Shown here: piece by piece, positions 62,701 to 64,000 of the stretch
Layout: each line of letters opens with the position of its first letter
How positions within the stretch are numbered: position 1 is the first letter of the stretch
Source: Thermodesulfobacteriota bacterium
Lineage (GTDB): Bacteria; Desulfobacterota_D; UBA1144; Nemesobacterales; Nemesobacteraceae
Reading direction: 5' to 3'
Assembly: GCA_965202785.1 (NCBI GenBank)
Contig: OZ241855.1
Coordinates: forward strand, 1,472,001 to 1,536,000
Length of the DNA stretch: 64,000 nucleotides
Made by a program: the position numbers and the translations under genes
Notes under the pieces: model-generated
The model's database searches: none
Told to the model about the DNA's origin: nothing
The model's input: only the letters and a program-made list of their open reading frames with translations

Positions 62701-62991
62701 GACACGGGAGACTTCGTTTATAGAATGGTGAAAGGTAAAACTCGCGGAGGAGAGGAAACGCTTATTATCTGGCGAGAATTAACCGGCAATCTAGAAAAAG
62801 ATAATGTTGCACTGGATGAATATTTCCGAACACAGGAGTGGTATACAAATGGAAAGAGGTGGCATCCCGATGTCATCTATGTTAACGGTGACAATAACCT
62901 GCTTAGCATCCGAAAAGATGAAGAAAACTGGGAAGTACGGTTGATTGAAGAAGTATTTCACCGTCTGATGTTTGAGAATGAAGGGGTTTAA
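59779..62991 (+). CDS. mod: Type III restriction-modification methyltransferase (long Mod)
   Basis: DLDFGIYRI, LHWANHDQYY, IYIDPPYNT (DPPY 61243-61254), LDYFAGSGSTGHA; beta-class order; followed by res. Confidence 0.93.
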   Translation: MKDRRKNNYEQLKAKLEEIFQMNQADLDFGIYRIMNTKREEILRYLDKQLQPQVKEILSSLVSGNTVEIEERMKKIERQARRFKADPEDDPEYQDLAKRKAGNLEIDALEKEIFSDLFNFFSRYYENGDFLSLRRYKADVYAIPFEGEEVKLHWANHDQYYIKTSEYFTNYSFRLPESERRVHFRLIKAGTEQNNNKEKRGKERRFMLSHEKPLFFDNKDLVIGIEYVADSERRNQGKINQSIIETLRTDSRLTDFDELFSIENVNDKEVMVLERHLKLYSARNTFDYFIHKDLGGFLRRELDFFLKNEVLVLDDIVDQTPKNFEKRLAKLKALKEIGHKIILFLAQLENFQKKLWLKKKFVVETNWCITLDRVPEEFYAEIAVNEDQREEWVRLFAIDEMKASNGDLSETSGDAAGYGKPLSEDFLKDNPYLLLDTALFDEDFKQRLIARIDNLDEQTDGLLIHSENFQALNLLQEKYREEVKCIYIDPPYNTDEDEFVYKDNYRHSSWLTMMYDRILSTRELVVDNSSFAVSINEEELFNLKLLMNEVKGQEHYVTTITVKVRHDDRILKGDKDIHETTEQLVVYRNSYDFNPGKRILDDTSLSEYVWTIEVSGSPFETKSMGNKQVEIYSPNQLQIVKGSSSETSLKRINIRGSLRAGNSSGRFYVTNIEPLFNEYRGCLFKVPNMGNDIYDHRWFFIPDQNSNRVNGDYFQGVPIDKKETKAIPYPNHWDVEINFWDYEKEFNRAGYEGSINFRQGKKPTAFIEKYLEVAGVKDDCQSLVLDYFAGSGSTGHAVINLNREDGGRRKYILVEMGEYFDTVTKPRIQKVIYSKDWKNRKPASHGGLSHCFKTIRLESYEDTLNNLILSGNKSSGNDLLEDDSYREQYLLSYMLDIESRGSLLNLDLFDKPFGYQLLINRRNEVRKTTVDLVETFNHLIGLNVSSQDQVRCFYTDFVRDEEDKLIIKDRMRQSDTGDFVYRMVKGKTRGGEETLIIWRELTGNLEKDNVALDEYFRTQEWYTNGKRWHPDVIYVNGDNNLLSIRKDEENWEVRLIEEVFHRLMFENEGV

Positions 62992-62994
62992 GCC

Positions 62995-64000
62995 ATGGTG
63001 AGAAAAGGGAAAGGCTCGTTAGAATTTCAGCAGAAGCTTATACTGAATCAGTGGCTCCTCAATCTGTTTAGAGTGGACAGTCTGGAAAAGATCGCTAAGC
63101 ACTTAAAGGACGAAGACCTTGAAGGATACGATGGAGAAAATGTTTCCCGTTTTTGCCGAGAGATCATCAACCGTCTACTAGAAAATAGCGGCATACGGCC
63201 GGAAGATTTACTTATTTTTGATGAAAACATCTTCCACCATACCGAAAGATTGAACCGCGCTCGTCGAGGTGTGGAGAGAATCCGGTGGAAATATTTCCAA
63301 TATCTTGCCCTGCTGTTCACGGAAATTTACCTCGACCATTATTTTCGTGATTCTACCGAACTACAAGAAGATTTGAACGAATATGTTAACGCCTTTAACG
63401 ATAGAAACGAACCCGCGGACCACATTGAACCTTTTGAACAAGATGACCTAAACCGCATTGCGTTTTTCCAAGCCACAGGTTCTGGTAAGACGCTTCTTAT
63501 GCATATCAACATCATGCAATACCGCCATTATCTTAAAAGGGTTAACCGGGAGCATGAATTAAACAGGATTATCCTACTGACAATAAATGAAGGATTGTCA
63601 AAGCAGCATCTTGAGGAATTCGAAGCGTCTGGAATGCAGGCAGTCTTGTTTGAAAAGGAACATGGTCAGAGCCTATTTGCCGGCTGGCAAATAGAGATAA
63701 TTGATATTCACAAGCTCGCAGACAAGATGGGGGACAAAACAGTTGCGGTTGAGGCCTTTGAGGGCAAGAACCTTGTGTTAGTAGATGAAGGTCATCGAGG
63801 CAGTTCCGGCGAAGAGTGGATGAAGAGGCGGAATCAGCTTTCAAAAGACGGGTTTGCCTTTGAATACTCAGCTACCTTTGAGCAGGCAGTTGCCGCCAGC
63901 AGGGATAAGAAACTTGAACAGCAGTATGCAAAGTCCATTCTGTTTAACTACTCGTACCGTTATTTCTACCATGATGGCTTTGGAAAGGATTACAGAATCT
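62995..64000 (+). CDS. res: Type III restriction endonuclease Res subunit (3' truncated by window)
   Basis: My translation from ATG 62995: MVRKGKG...WKYFQYL...ATGSGKT...LVDEGH...EYSATF; open to the window end and absent from the ORF track. Confidence 0.9.
   Translation, partial: MVRKGKGSLEFQQKLILNQWLLNLFRVDSLEKIAKHLKDEDLEGYDGENVSRFCREIINRLLENSGIRPEDLLIFDENIFHHTERLNRARRGVERIRWKYFQYLALLFTEIYLDHYFRDSTELQEDLNEYVNAFNDRNEPADHIEPFEQDDLNRIAFFQATGSGKTLLMHINIMQYRHYLKRVNREHELNRIILLTINEGLSKQHLEEFEASGMQAVLFEKEHGQSLFAGWQIEIIDIHKLADKMGDKTVAVEAFEGKNLVLVDEGHRGSSGEEWMKRRNQLSKDGFAFEYSATFEQAVAASRDKKLEQQYAKSILFNYSYRYFYHDGFGKDYRI

Larger units (their letters stand above)
54800..64000. other. Lower-GC defence island (continues past window end)
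   Basis: Abrupt shift in composition and codon style; contains only DNA-modification, nuclease and ATPase genes; left boundary approximate. Confidence 0.75.

Noticed and set aside
59779-62991. Phase-variable simple sequence repeat in mod
   Set aside because: Only short homopolymers (e.g. A8 near 60833); no tandem repeat tract and the ORF is intact

Overview
About 54.8 kb of dense, streamlined housekeeping DNA from a diderm bacterium, followed by a lower-GC defence island (~54.8-64 kb) that runs off the right edge. The gene order is deltaproteobacteria-like; Candidatus Dadabacteria is my unverified guess from synteny and codon style. Core content: rbfA-nrnA-truB-rpsO-pnp-miaA, a fused trehalose TPS/TPP, malic enzyme, an arsenosugar-type cluster (AhpD-like, ArsS radical SAM, TIGR04282-like, CcdA), katG, gmk-rel-lepB, pyrRBC, lysS-lolCD-bamA-skp-fabZ, tRNA cluster-tuf-tRNA-Trp-secE-nusG-rplKAJL-rpoBC, valS and purLF. 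The island holds a tightly coupled HerA ATPase - NurA nuclease - N4/N6 DNA methyltransferase operon, divergent from a Type III R-M system (mod, truncated res). That three-gene operon is the best candidate for an undescribed system: an R-M-like defence in which a HerA-NurA resection machine replaces the restriction enzyme. Other notable signals are an extreme G/purine codon skew confined to tuf, the absence of lpxD/lpxA from the bamA-skp-fabZ locus, the ArsM-less ArsS cluster coupled to CcdA, and several symmetric regulatory elements. All calls come from motifs read by eye; no database searches were run.
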